Source: Takakia lepidozioides (lineage: Eukaryota > Plantae > Bryophyta). From it: 64,000 bases of DNA. The stretch is from contig CM060732.1 of NCBI GenBank assembly GCA_030704615.1, positions 39,308,001-39,372,000 of the forward strand. The letters run 5' to 3'. Below, one piece after another: positions 25,851-38,441 of the stretch. The notes under the pieces are model-generated. The model had not been told where the DNA came from and searched no databases. It saw nothing but the letters and a program-made list of their open reading frames with translations. The translations under genes and the position numbers were made by a program. How positions within the stretch are numbered: position 1 is the first letter of the stretch; every line of letters starts with the position of its first letter.

Positions 25851-27377
25851 CTGGCGGACTGGTGTCGCAAAACGAGGACGCAGGCAGTGACGACGCGCCT
25901 GGGGCGACGACGCCATGGGATGAGGGAGGGGTGAGGAGGGATTGACCGAGCCCAGCCGGCTGCCGGAGGTGGAGAACCGGCGGTACGGGTGTTAGGGCTG
26001 GGGCGCTCGCATTAAGTTCTTACATTATTCCTATTATCTTCCGGTAAAAAATGGGCCCACCCACTGCGGTGGAAGATTCACCTGCTGCAACAGGTAGGTG
26101 AGTACCTTTTGTCCGTTCAGAATTTCCAGATTGTCATTTTCCTGGGAGTTATACCCATTTTCTATCAGGGGGTCCCTTTTTCCTACAAAGTCAAACTTAC
26201 CCGCTCGGTGCCTAGGGGTTAGAAAGCACACTTCTAGATACCACTACCTTTAGCACCATCTCAACTTCCATGGTGGCTTCAGTTGGTGACGGCCACACCA
26301 TTCTCAAAACGAGGGTCGATCCCCAACTTGGTACGACATGATGATCTCAGATCCTCCACCATGGACGAGTAGGGGGGGTAAACCCACAGCACGAAAGAAC
26401 CACCAGCTCTTTACCACTTTTTTCCTTGAGAGACGCATCATGCTTAGTGGCCCCTCCACATTTTGGCACCTCCATACTTCACCATTCCGGTCTTATTCCG
26501 GAATCGCTCGGGGATAAAAGGTAGCGCCTCTTCTAGGATAGAAACTCTTTCTTTTCCACTATTATGCCCAATCAGCTTAGTAGTTTGGCCACTCCCTAAG
26601 CTCTGAATAAATTCCCCAGGCCGACCTATGGTGTGGAACCGTGACACAAGGTTGTTGTGATGGTAAAAAGAAGAGAGTACATAAGGTTTCCTCCTTGATC
26701 TTTGACTAGTGCTTGTGCGGGATAAAAGAATGGCCATATTATCCACAGAGACGAGCAAGCACAAAAGGACTAGCATTCACCTCCAACCAACTTTACACTC
26801 CTGCCTCCCCCTCCTGGTCCCTAGACCAGACCCGCGCAAGGAAGCAGCAGGAAGGGCAGATATGATACCGACTTGACAATTGCACAGGTCTTTTGAAAAA
26901 ACTTCACACAGTCACACGTGGAGCTGAAACAGCAGTTTGCCTTTGGAGGGATTGATTTTGTTACAAAATACCAATTGATCTGCCACTTGAGATCCTGATT
27001 GGTGCTAATAAAAATGTGCTAGTTGAGTCTCGCTCCCTTGAAACTCTCGCTTCCTGATGCAGTAATGCACGCAAGACTACACATCTGCATGTGAGCCAGG
27101 TTTCGATAAATAGTCAAGCAGCCTACAAGCATCAAAGATGAAAGGTCTTCATGGTTACAGCTGGTGGTGCAATCCTTATGGTACTTGACTGAGTTGAGCT
27201 CGTGAATACGAATCTTTGATAGAACTAACAAAACAACAACATGACTTTGACTAGTAGATAGGAAAAACAGAGGACACAAATAAAACTGTCTAGCAGGAAA
27301 AAATTTCATGACTTTCGATAATGATGCATAGGGAAAATTTAGAACCGTGCCCCCCATCCCTATAGCTCAAATGCAAG

Positions 27378-28022
27378 TCATATCTGATGAGACTGGAATG
27401 CGGAAGGAGCACCATATCGCAAGCTCTCAGGCCTCTTCCTGCGCCTATCGCTCTCGTATGCTTGCTTGTCCATGCCATCCCACCAGCTTTTTTCTGCAGG
27501 TCGTACGTTCCCATTAAAGAATTCCTTAAGCAGAGACCTCCCGACAATTTCATGGTTTATTTCAAGATCCATCTATGCATCCATGACCTTTGGTTGCTCA
27601 AATGACTCAATTTTAGTCAAGAGAATGCCTGTTGTGCTTTGTCCCCGACTCGCCCCTGCAACCACCACATTTTGGATCATGCCGAGACCGCCAACCGCAA
27701 GCAGGTACCATGTGTTCTACTTCAGGCCCGCAACCGTGAGGAGAAATACAATCCACAGAGCTGCAAGCACCACACACATAACCTGGGTTATCCGGAACGA
27801 GGCAGGGACACTGCCAAGCATCAAAACTTCTTTGTCCTTCAGGTGTGCCCCATTTTCGTCACGCACACGCTTCGCCAGGCGGTAGCCCCGCTCAGATCGT
27901 CGCCTCATCATTGGGCTCTCCGCCGCTGCAGATCCTCGAGATCCAGTCCTCTTCCATCGCCGAGGATGACCATTACATGCCTTGTGCCATTCCTGCCAGT
28001 CAGACATATCCTGCAAATCTCT
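27378..28022 (-). pseudogene. Fragment resembling an uncharacterised fungal membrane-protein family
   Basis: Reconstructed across frameshifts and stops: NGTRHVMVILGDGRGLDLEDL...VLAALWIVFLLTVAGLK*NTWYLLAVGGLGMIQNVVVAG...KVMDA*MDLE...VGRSLLKEFFNG. Family recognised from memory, not searched. Confidence 0.55.
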
Positions 28023-28083
28023 GTAGCCACTCGTGCTATTTTCCAAATTTCTTAAGAAAAACACTGACCCCATGTTGTGTGAA

Positions 28084-29207
28084 GGCCCCCGCGAATTGTC
28101 GGTAGCAACGTCGTAGTGACGGTGGCTCCCTAGTCTCCCTGCAGCGCGTCTACCAGCAGCGCACCTCCCGAGGCTTCGCACGCCTGGCCACACACGTGGG
28201 CCCGCCCCTCCATGTCTTCGTGTATGTCTTCGTGTAGCTCGCCAATACTGGCTCGCGCATGGCCCATAAACTTTTGCTTTACCCTTTGCCCTTCCCTGCC
28301 CGGACCTTGCACGCACTTCACCATTATGCAATTTTGGGGAATGATAAGAACAACCTTCCAGAGGGTACTCTAAAATTGTTAACTCTAACAAGGCTCATTT
28401 TAAGATTGAATAAAAAAAAAAAAAAAATCAAGTCTAGAATTGCTCAATCCAAACATATTGGTATACCCTCCGGAAGGTTGTTTCAATCATTTTTTAACTT
28501 ACATAATGTCCAAACAAATATGTGTAATACCTTACGGAAGGTTGTTTTTGCCATCAGGTCATCTCCAATGGTTACCTTTCGGAAGGTTGTGCATGTCAAG
28601 TTTAAAATTGCTTAATCCAAATAATGTTAGAGTACCATCAGGAAGGTTGTTGTGACTCATTTTCAAACTTGCATAAATCCAAATAGATTTGCTTAATACC
28701 TTAAGGAAGGTTGTTTCTACCCTTAGGTCATGCGCATGGAAACCGGGCGAAGGGTTGTTCATCTCAATTTTAAAATTGCTCTATCCAAACGTATTGGTGT
28801 ACCCTCCGGAGGAAGATTCCGCGTCATTTTTTAACTTGCATAAAAATCGAAACAAATGTGTTTAATACCTTACTGATGGTTGTTCCTATCATTAGGTCAT
28901 GCGTGATGGATACCTTTCGGAAGTTTGTTCATATCAAGTTTAAAACTGCTTAATCCAAATAATATTAGAATACCCTCTGGAAGGTTGTTCTTATCATTCC
29001 CCCATATTGCATAATGGGGACGTGCGTGAGGTCGGGGCAGGGAAGGGCAACGGGAAAAGGAAAAGTTTAGGGGCAATGGGCGAGCCAGTTTTGGCGAGCT
29101 ACATGAAGACATGGAGGGGCGGGCCCACATGTGTGGCCAGGTGTGTGAAGCCTCCTCGGGAGGTGCGCTGCTTGGAGACCAGCGTCACTACCAAAAATTC
29201 GCGGGCC
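28084..29207. mobile_element. Non-autonomous foldback/long-TIR DNA element
   Basis: About 250-290 bp imperfect inverted ends (ggccc..gcgaatt...aacaaccttccagagggta vs taccctctggaaggttgtt...aattcgcgggcc); tgtgaagg at both boundaries (28078-28085, 29208-29215); internal ~60-bp repeats of acc(t/c)tccggaaggttgt. Confidence 0.75.
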
Positions 29208-29748
29208 TGTGAAGGTAAGAAAAAAACATCAATCTCAGATCAGCACGCACAGCTACACACAATGTACTTTCGAAACACCCTACCAGACCACTTCTCTCTT
29301 CGAGGTGAGGGATATAAACTTTGAGCCAGCGTCATTGGGGAATTGGCACAAGTTACATAACGATCTTTGAACTTCACAGGGAGATGATTAAAATCCTGCA
29401 AAGCTTTATTTCCAAGCACATCACATGACACAGGACTACCTTACCAGTGTGCACATGTATAATACCTAGTTTACATTCTGGAATCCGATTCAATGAACGG
29501 GAAGAACCGGCAGCCAGTTACATGCCAGCCGAGTGCCATCCTGGAATTTCCGGGTATGACATGAAACCTCCGGAAAATGAACCGACGGAAAAAATGGCCC
29601 AAGAGGAAATCATCCGAGTGCCTGACTCAGAGGACGGATTTTTGCCTTTCCGTATCAGTAAATGCCGGAAATATGCCTTAGTTGGCACGCCTGGACGGAT
29701 TCCAGCCGTTCTTATCTTATAAGAAAACGGAAAATGGCCGTTGAATGC

Positions 29749-30650
29749 TGCCACGTGGCGGAAATCCAGCATGCCAGGGCCCAGGCCTGGTTACATCCAA
29801 CGGACGGGGTCAGGGTGGTTGGGGGCAAACCCTAGAAGAGACTAGAAGAGCCTTGCCACGTGGCAGAAATCCAGCATGCCAGGGCCCAGGCCTGGTTACA
29901 TCCAACGGACGGAGCCAGGGTGGTTGGGGGCAAACCCTAGAAGAGCCTTGCACTCGTTCTTTGCTAAGTCCTTTGCTCACCTGCCGGGCCCGCACTTACC
30001 ACTGGCTGTATGTTGATGTGTTGCCGACGCTCCCGCCTGCTTGCACTCGCTGCGTGCTACCACACTTCAAGGCCCAGGCATGCTTTCAGCCTTGCACTCG
30101 TTCTTTGCTAAGTCCTTTGCTCACCTGCCGTGCCCGCACTTACCACTGGCTGTATGTTGATGTGTTGCCGACGCTCCCGCCTGCTTGCACTTGCTGCGTG
30201 CTACCACACTTCAAGGCCCAGGCATAAGTCTTTGTTTCATTTGGTTATGTCCTTGCTTTTCCTAGTGAGTGGTTATGACTTTTGTCTTTCGAAGTCTACA
30301 GCTACATGACTTTCTGCATACTTTGTGCTTATCATGCAGTAAAAAGCAAGGGCATTGGTAGGCCTCCCCCTTCGGTTCTTCTACCGTTCTTTCGACCACG
30401 GTTTTTGTTGCTTTGCAGCAGGCACAAGCCGTGTCTATTTTGTGTCGGGCAAAGGCGGCTGGGAGGGCTGCATCTCACCTCCTACCCATTTCTGACCCAC
30501 CTCCCCTTCTATTTTCTGATTTACTTCAGGCAGTTGGCAGGCCTTGCACTCGTTCTTTGCTAAGTCCACAGCTCACCTGCCGGGGCCCGCACTTACCACT
30601 GGCTGTATGTTGATGTGCTGCCGACGCTCCCGCCTGCTTGCACTCGCTGG
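29749..30650. repeat. Tandem duplications in the hAT 5' region
   Basis: Two ~105-bp copies (29749-29950), two ~143-bp copies (29945-30225) and a third partial copy at ~30540-30650. Confidence 0.85.
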
Positions 30651-30705
30651 CCCTTCCTTGTTGCAATTTCCGTGCTATATATTTGTATTTTGTAAGGTCT
30701 TGGCT

Positions 30706-32957
30706 ATGGCCAAGCGCCAAAGGAATCTAAGAAATATGTTATTTAGGGCTGGTCGCACTGGTGATTGTGATGAAGAATCTCCTTCCGTTGTCCCCCCTGC
30801 CTCATCTTCAAGTGGTATGGACAAGCCATCGAATAGTGTAGAGGCAGCCCAGAAAGCATGGAAATATGTTTGGTACACTCAATTTGATTGGATTGAGTTT
30901 AACCATGATCTAGGTAGGGTTTTTTTGTAAAGTTTGTAGAGGGAAAGGAGGGAGGACAGTCTTTGCAAATGCTGGTTCTGTCAATGTCAAGGTGAGTTCA
31001 TTCCAAGACCATGCTAGGTCAGAAGAGCATCGTAAGTTCTCTTGGGCCCTACAATCTGGTAAGAAAGCCATGGAGAAAGCCATAGCTAGTGCTAATCGAG
31101 CTTGTGATGATGTTGTTTTGGCTTTTTTCCAAGTTGCTTACTACATTGGTTTGGAGGCCTTGCCATTTAGCAAATTTCCAGGTTTGTGTCAACTTTTGGT
31201 TACTCTCAAAGCTTGTATTACCCAGAAACTGTACCATGATGAGAAGTCATGTGCTGATATATTGTATTGTATCTCATGTGTTGTTCAGAAAAAGGTGTTG
31301 GATAGAGTGAAGGATTCCAAGTACTATGGAATCATGATAGATGAGTCAACTGACATTTCAGTGACCGGTCATCTTGTTGTTTTTGCTTCTTTTGTTGAAG
31401 AGGGTTTGCCAGTCACTCTGTTTTTGGGATTACTTCAGATTATTGATGGCAAGAAGGATGCTGCAATGATATATGAGTGTTTACTAACTAGTTTGAAAGA
31501 GTGGGGTTTGGATGTAGATAAGTTTTTGGGGTTTGGTTCGGATGGGGCAGCAACCATGGTGGGGGCTCGATCCGGCGTGGCTGCTCGTCTTCAGCAAAAG
31601 GTAAACCCCTTTATGTTGGCCGTCCATTGCGTAGCACATAGGACCAACTTGGCAGCATTAGAAGCTGCCAAGACATCAGCATGTCATCTTATTTCAAATG
31701 AGGTTGACACACTTTTGAACTCTCTTGCTGGTCATTTTCGCAAATCATCTAAGCGTAAGGCAACCTTGCAAGCTTTGCAGACCGAGCTTAATGATGCTCA
31801 GAAGTGCCTCAAAAGGTTTCACAAGATTCGTTGGTTATCTAGGTGGCAGGCCGTGACATCGCTTTGTGATAGTCTTAAGAGTGTTGTCACGTATTTTAGA
31901 GATGTGCCGGTTGCCAATGATGATGGATCAGCCCCTCTTTTGTATAACAAGCTTAGGTCATTCAAAATGATTTATGTCTTGTATTTTTTGGCTGATATGT
32001 TGCACGGTCTATCTCTACTCTCACGTGTGTTCCAATGGAAGTTTTGTGGATGTAACCAGCATTGGGTCCATAGTTAAGACAGAGATTGCACAAATACGAA
32101 TGTTTTTCATTGAGGATAGCACGGATTTGAACCAATCCACCTTCAATGAGAAAATGGGTTATCACATCATCCCGGAATTTGGTCCTCTTGGTGGGTATTT
32201 GAGGCGGCTAGCCTCTGAGATTAGGGGATCCAATTTTCATGGTGTACAAATGACACGAGAGAGGATGGGGGGTGATTTGGAGGCAGCACTTACCTTCCAA
32301 AAGCTTTATGCAGAGGCTGTTTGCAATGCTTTGGATGCCAGATTTGAGGACAACGGAGTTGTAAGTGCATTCAAAATATTGAGTCCATGTAACCTACCAA
32401 CTAGGCAAGTGGGGTTAGCAAGTTGGGGTGTAGTAGAGTTGGAAATATTATGTGCGCACTATGGTGTCGAAAGACATATTGCAGGAAGGACATTGCCTGC
32501 CCTTGTTGACATAACAGCGGTGAAACGAGAGTTCTTTGCTTTCAAACTACAGGCAAGTACCGAGTGGATGGAGAAAACTTTCAAGGATCTTTGGGGCATG
32601 GTGACTTGGAACCCTTCTCTAACGATGAAGTATGAAAACTTGCTTGTGCTTTCTGAAATTGCTCGAGTTCAATGTGTAAGCACTGCCGCATGTGAGAGGG
32701 CATTCTCAGTTCAAAACTCAATCAAAACTAAATTTCGAAACAAGTTGAAAACAAAGAACTTGGAAAGTGTGCTTCGTGTTGCTTTGGAAGGGCCAAGTGT
32801 GCAGGCATGTCAACCTGTTTTGATTGAGGCCATATCTTTGTGGAAGAACTCCACAAACTTCAGACATTTGTTCTCTCATCTTGAGCTATATTTAGCTGGA
32901 CAACCAGAAGGTGAGCCATCATATGCAGAAGGTACGAATGATGATTTGCAGTTTTGA
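30706..32957 (+). pseudogene. hAT transposase with TTF-type zinc finger and dimerisation domain; two frameshifts
   Basis: WYTQFDWI..CKVC..HARSEEH; IDESTD; GSDGA; HCVAH; RWLS; STAACERAFS. Frameshifts near 30925 and 32045. Confidence 0.9.
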
Positions 32958-33967
32958 ATTTATGTTTGTTTGTTTGTTTAGATAGGTAACGCTTCTAAAA
33001 TTCAAGGCCCTTCAACTTTTGGTTGAGGTCCTTGCATTTTAGAAGGGTTCGATCCTTGGCCTCCAACTGGTGGAGGGCATTGACAGGTTCAACTCCTGCC
33101 AAGGATACTTTTCTGCACTTGTTTGAATTGCTTAAAATTGGTTGTGATTATTTATTGTTGTTCATTTGTTGAATTTGTATGCAGCCGAATTTAATTTTCA
33201 TTTGCAGGAAATGAACCGGTTGATATGTACAATGGCCGGATTTATAGCCGAACACACAAAATAAAATAAAAAATATTACCGGTTGTAAAACAATATGTAG
33301 GAAATTGACCGCCTGAAGTTACCACTAAGGGGCAGCAGCCGACCCCCCAACCCACTTAGCCGGTTGGTGTTGAAAATGAGCGGCCACTGGCTGGTTCAAC
33401 TCAAAATATTTCCCAGACACTGATCCGATTGCTTGCAACTCCAGACCCTCACATTTATGGATCATAATGAAACCACAGTTTCAACTTTCACGAGAGCCTC
33501 GGGGGAGCACACTGATTGCAGCTACATATAGTGTAACCATCAATGCTGTCGCAACAAGTTAATAAAATGTCAGAGATTAGGGTATGCCAGACAGGATGGA
33601 TGTTAGTATATGTACCGTAGTGGGAAGGCTGATCCGGCACTAAATAATTAGAAAGAATCTGCCTAATAATTAAGTGAAAATTTAGAGAAAACGGGAAAAC
33701 GGCCGAAATTCCAGAAACTTTATAAGAAAATACCTAAAATCTCAAACAAACTCCAAATATCAAATCTCCAAATGCATGTTTCAAGGCATAAAGCTCTAGG
33801 AAAATATTTTCCTTAGCTCTGAGAAATCCTAGAATAATTGGCTGCATTTGATGATTGACCAGATGCTCTCATGGCTCCCCACATAATTTGTTTTTTTTTT
33901 GTTTTTGTTTGAAAAAAGGGAAGCACCTGGGAGCGACCGCTCACAAATCAGGCCCCTTAGTAGTGAG

Positions 33968-34243
33968 CAGTGATTTTTTCTTAAATGTGAAAAATAGCAC
34001 GAGTGGCTACAAAAAATAGCTATATATTCTGTTCATCCATTGAAAATTTGGATAGAATCATCCTCATATGTACTTTCATCCATTTATATTATCCATATTT
34101 GGTGAATTCATCCATCTTTCTTTTCCCCCCCTTGTGGAAGTTTGGCGATTTCATCCATGAAAAAACAGGGAATTTGCGACATAATATTTCATTTTAATGT
34201 TTTGAGGTCGCCATTTGGCGATTTTTCGCCAAAAAAAACACTG
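33968..34243. mobile_element. hAT-type MITE
   Basis: CAGTG...CACTG ends with 8-bp TSD gtagtgag (33960-33967 and 34244-34251). Related gtagccactcgtgctatttt segments at 28023-28066 and ~43423-43450. Confidence 0.85.
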
Positions 34244-35397
34244 GTAGTGAGAGAAAAAATAACCTCTTTCATTTATGCACCATGGAGGCGAATGAGTGGG
34301 ACTTTGAATCCGGAGGGGAAAGACATGCACGCGAGCAGGGGTTGCACGGAGGACATGTGTGTCGCGCAAATATTAATGAGTCGACGTACCAGATGGCACA
34401 TGCGGAAAACTGCGATGGCTGCGAAGATGTCTACGTCGATGTGAGTCGTGTCGTTGCAATCATGGACGCCAAAGGTACGCCGGTCATCTCCTGGAGCGAA
34501 GCGAACAGAAACTACAAGTTGCGACCTTTGATAAGGACAAGTCGGATTCACCACAGTACATAGCAATCTCCCACGTGTAAGCTTCCTACCTAAGCAACCG
34601 ATCAAATTGGCTATACTTAATTTGTGAAACTGACAAACTTGTATGAACAGGTGGGCCGATGGAATGGGCAATCTGACTCATAATTATTTGCGGCGATGCC
34701 AAGTATCACAGATTCAAAAGATGGTGAACGCAGCTGCAGAATCTGGCAAGGCGAAGGGCAACCCAAGCCACTTTTGGATGGACACTCTTTATATACCCGT
34801 CGCGAAAGATCTAGAGTCGCATCGACGGCTTGCCATCCAAGGAGTAAAAGATACTTATAGATATGCGTCTGCGGTGCTCGTGCTATCGTCTGACATTCGA
34901 AAAGTGCCATCAACAGCGAACAACCTCCAGAAGAGTGTCTGTCTGTATTTCTGCAATTGGAACCATCGGTTGTTCGCCGAAGGCAAGGATAAGTCGACCG
35001 AGGACGGGCACTGCATCACGTTCCCAAATGAATCGTCGGCAAATAGTATGGGAGAGTTTGTCGTCCTCCATGACTTTCTCAAGGATGGACTTTTTGAGAC
35101 CATTGACCACGCATTGTCGCCGATGGTCGCGGCGCTCCAGTTCCGCACGACTTCAAAATTGGCTGATCAGACGCTCTGCATTTGCGGTTTATTGGGCCTA
35201 GATCCGAAAGATATTCTAGATGCCGCTGGGAAGGGAAAAGAGCTTGAAGAGCAGCGTATGGTGATCTTCCTGTCCATGCTGAAGGAATATCCCTCCGACG
35301 TCATCTTCAACACGCATGCCCGAGTACAAAAAGAAGGCTTCCGATGGGCGTCGGAATCTCTTTTGGGGATACCTAAGGACGGCTTCGTCAGGGACGG

Positions 35398-36123
35398 TGT
35401 CGCGCACCTCACTTTGGTAAGCTCCCCTTCAAGTCATAGTTACTCGCTTTGATGCGCGCGCCTGACTCCCAACCTGGCCGCCCGGGCCAACTTGGAGCTT
35501 CGGCTGCTCACCGGGACATAACGGTCCCCCTTCGCTTCCCTCTAAACCCTCCACCTATTTGGGACTAGGAGAATTCCCTTTGGTAGATGGTAGTCCGGAA
35601 CAGCTCCCCTCTCTTTGGTCGCTTTCCGGCTCGTTCGCTTACTCACTAGTTTTTGGTCACCAACGGGCTTGCACCGTTCTCGGGGTTACTACTCCCTATA
35701 TATACTTCTGTAGCTGTCCGCGGTGGTTTCATAACCAGCCATGCCATTTTATGGCGAACCACCACGAAAACCCTCGACTCCCGGTGATGAGTCGCGGTGA
35801 GTCTTGGCCCACTCATCACGGCCTCTATGGACCGTGATGAGTCCCAAGACTCCCCACGACTCCCACCACGAGGTCTCCGCCCCCATGGTGAGTCCTATGC
35901 CACCCCCATTAAGTCCCGCTAAGCTACCACCACCCCTTGTGGAGCTACCCCCACCGCAACCCGGTGTGCGGGGCTCCACCTAGTGAGCGCCTCCGCCTCC
36001 TTGAGTGCCTTGGGCACTCAAGGGTGCTTCAGCCCCCCATACCTATCGCTGCCGATGCCCCCACCACAGGGGCAACCCCTCATGTGTCCCGACCCCCTGC
36101 CCTCAAGGCAAAGGGTCGCGACA
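35398..36123 (-). repeat. 3' LTR
   Basis: Nearly identical to 41644-42369; about 6 substitutions counted by eye. Confidence 0.95.
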
Positions 36124-37027
36124 CACACCCCTACCAACAGGGAGTCGATGTCCTCATCGACTTGTCCATTTTGTAGAAACGAACATCCAAGCTGTGGCGT
36201 CCCACATCAAGGAGTTTGTTTCCGCACCATGGCGTCCCATGGCAAAGAACCAAACCCCACACTTGACTCTACTCTCCACTAGCTAGTTCGGCCGACTTCC
36301 TCCAAGTCCCGGCCAAGGGTGGAGCCTCTCCAGCTCCTCCTAGTGCACTCTTCTTGGCCTACTTCAAGGCCAAGGAACGATCCTCCCCGAGGATCGAATC
36401 GCCTTACTGCAACAACATTGCTTGCGATCGCTCATGATGCCGCTTTTGGCATCACCTTGAGCAAGGGTTCCCTGGAACCCTCTTTGACTAGGAAGATAAC
36501 CTTGAACCAACCGTGCGCCCCAATCACTACAATTGGGTTCGCCTTGGAATGCTGGCCTGAGGTACGGGAACACGCCGAAGCCGCACTACGACTTCGTCCC
36601 GAGGCTACACGATTATAGTACGTGAACGGAAGCACGTAGCTTCCGCGTTAGCCCGCACTACAAGGCAACCCCCTCGGTAGCGCAGTTATAGTACGCGCAC
36701 GCGCCAGGTGCGCACTAGCACGTTGACTCCCAAAGAAGTCGCAAGTTTCCTTGCCCCTTGGATGGGGGTCACCCGATTTCGGCACTACGCAAACACACGA
36801 TTAACCCAATTTACCTCTCCCACTTTTATAAGCTAGCATGCATTCTACACACTAGCCAACCATACCATGCATCACCATTCCAAACAAAATAGGACGCACA
36901 ACATTTGGAACCCATTTCCTTTATAACAAATTTTTGTACAATACAAGTTTTTGTAATCGGATTCTAAGCTAGCTAAGCCGGGCTAGGCATGCATTTCCTC
37001 CCCCACGCTCCAAGGTTGATGTCCCCA

Positions 37028-38428
37028 TCAACGTTTCTTCCGCTTTTGAGGTCGCCCTTCGAAAGCTGCAACCGCCTCGGATGCGTTTCCCATTTCTGAG
37101 GCACGCACCCAAGATGCCTCCACATGATGATAGCCCTTCCATTTGACGAGATACTCCGTTTCTCGGTTCTTGAACCTCCTCGACTTAAGTATTGCCTCCA
37201 CCTCGTACTCAGGTTCATTTTCATGATCCAACAGCATAGGTGGCGGACGCAACACTTGATGCCGATTCGAACGCGCTTCATCTTTGAAGTAAGGCTTTAA
37301 AAGAGAGACATGGAATACTGGGTGCACCTTGCTGTTTGCCGGCAGCTCCAATTCATACACATCCTCATTCATAACCTTCCGAATGCGAAAGGGTCCCGCA
37401 TACGGAGGTACGAACTTCGGACTCACTTCCGGAGGTAGTCGGAAATTCTTGATGTTCAACCAGACCTCTGTGCCTGCCTCAAACTTCACTTCCCTCCGCT
37501 TCCGATTCGCCTGCCTTTCATACCGTTTCCTGGCTTTGGCAATGTTGTACTTTGCGAGCTTCAACAAACGCTCGCGTTCTTCCAGTACCGCCGCTACTGC
37601 CGGTTCCTCAACGTCCTGGGCGGCCCAACTTGTCGGCACCAGAGGTGCTTTTCCATAGACCAATACGAAAGGAAAAACTCCCGTTGCGGAGTGTTCTGTG
37701 TTATTATAACAGAACTCTGCCGCGTCTAAGTGTTCCACCCAGTCTGTTTGGTCTGCCGACACGTAATTCCGCAAGATCTGTTTCACTACGGAATTCACCC
37801 TTTCTGTTTGGCCGTCAGTCGTAGGTCGGAAGGCGGTGCTCATCTTCAGCCTCGTCCTCATCTTCTTCCAAAGTGTCTTCCAAAATTTACTCGTAAACTT
37901 TGGATCGCGATCCGAGACAATATCCTTCGGGACTCCATGATGCTTTAAGACGTGGACGAAGTAAAGTCGCCCTGTCTCCTGCGCCGTTGCCGTCTCCTTG
38001 GTGGGGATGAAATGGCCCATTTTACTGAACCTATCCACCACCACCATGATTGCATCGAATCCTTTTGACAGCGGCATAGCAGTCATGAAATCCATCGAGA
38101 CGCTTTCCCAAGTCCCCTCTGGAATCGGCAAGGGTTGTAACAGCCCCGCTTGCTTTTTGTACTCGCTCCGGTTTTGTTGGCATGTGGTGCATGTCTTGAC
38201 ATACTCCTCTGCCTCCTCCCTCAGTTTGGGCCAGAAATACTCTTTCTTCAAGAGTGCCGCAGTGCGCTTGGCTCCGCCGTGGCCCGCAAGCGGGCTATCA
38301 TGGCATTCTCTCAAGAGGCTATCTCTGATCCCTCCCTTTGGCACGTAGAGACGTTTTTGCTTATACCGAAGCAGTCCATTTTGCAAGTGGAACTGCGATT
38401 TAACCCCCATCCTCAAGTCCTGCATCAC
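37028..38428 (-). CDS. Integrase with GPF motif and C-terminal chromodomain
   Basis: HDSPLAGH..CTTC; SMDF; SDRD; DGQTE; AGPF; EYEVEAIL...YLVKWKGY...SWV. Confidence 0.95.
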   Translation of the reverse strand: MMQDLRMGVKSQFHLQNGLLRYKQKRLYVPKGGIRDSLLRECHDSPLAGHGGAKRTAALLKKEYFWPKLREEAEEYVKTCTTCQQNRSEYKKQAGLLQPLPIPEGTWESVSMDFMTAMPLSKGFDAIMVVVDRFSKMGHFIPTKETATAQETGRLYFVHVLKHHGVPKDIVSDRDPKFTSKFWKTLWKKMRTRLKMSTAFRPTTDGQTERVNSVVKQILRNYVSADQTDWVEHLDAAEFCYNNTEHSATGVFPFVLVYGKAPLVPTSWAAQDVEEPAVAAVLEERERLLKLAKYNIAKARKRYERQANRKRREVKFEAGTEVWLNIKNFRLPPEVSPKFVPPYAGPFRIRKVMNEDVYELELPANSKVHPVFHVSLLKPYFKDEARSNRHQVLRPPPMLLDHENEPEYEVEAILKSRRFKNRETEYLVKWKGYHHVEASWVRASEMGNASEAVAAFEGRPQKRKKR

Positions 38429-38441
38429 GGACTTCGCTAGC

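Larger units (their letters stand above)
5260..26031. mobile_element. Giant Mutator-like (MULE) element with multiple cargo genes; left end lost, internal inversion
   Basis: Contains a MULE-type DDE transposase with GCM-like and SWIM parts, a Ulp1 gene and a ParB-MTase gene. Recurrent GGGT(T/G)ACA motif arrays are oriented TGTAACCC in the left arm and GGGTTACA in the right arm. A GC-rich terminal segment ends ...gcattaagttcttacattattcc at ~26031. No matching left TIR or TSD was seen, so boundaries are approximate. Confidence 0.65.
29491..33422 (+). mobile_element. hAT DNA transposon (ZNF862-like transposase)
   Basis: 8-bp TSD atccgatt (29483-29490 and 33423-33430); imperfect TIRs CAATGAACGGGAA / CAGTGTCTGGGAA. 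Confidence 0.9.

Noticed and set aside
28430-29000. CRISPR-like array (palindromic repeats about every 60 bp)
   Set aside because: Spacers are homologous to each other, repeats are degenerate, context is eukaryotic and no cas genes are present.
29445-29455. cagtgt as the left hAT terminus
   Set aside because: The 8-bp TSD atccgatt places the terminus at 29491.
35559-36286. ORFs inside the LTRs (also 41805-42404 and 55922-56152)
   Set aside because: They recur only because the LTRs are copies; no domain signal.
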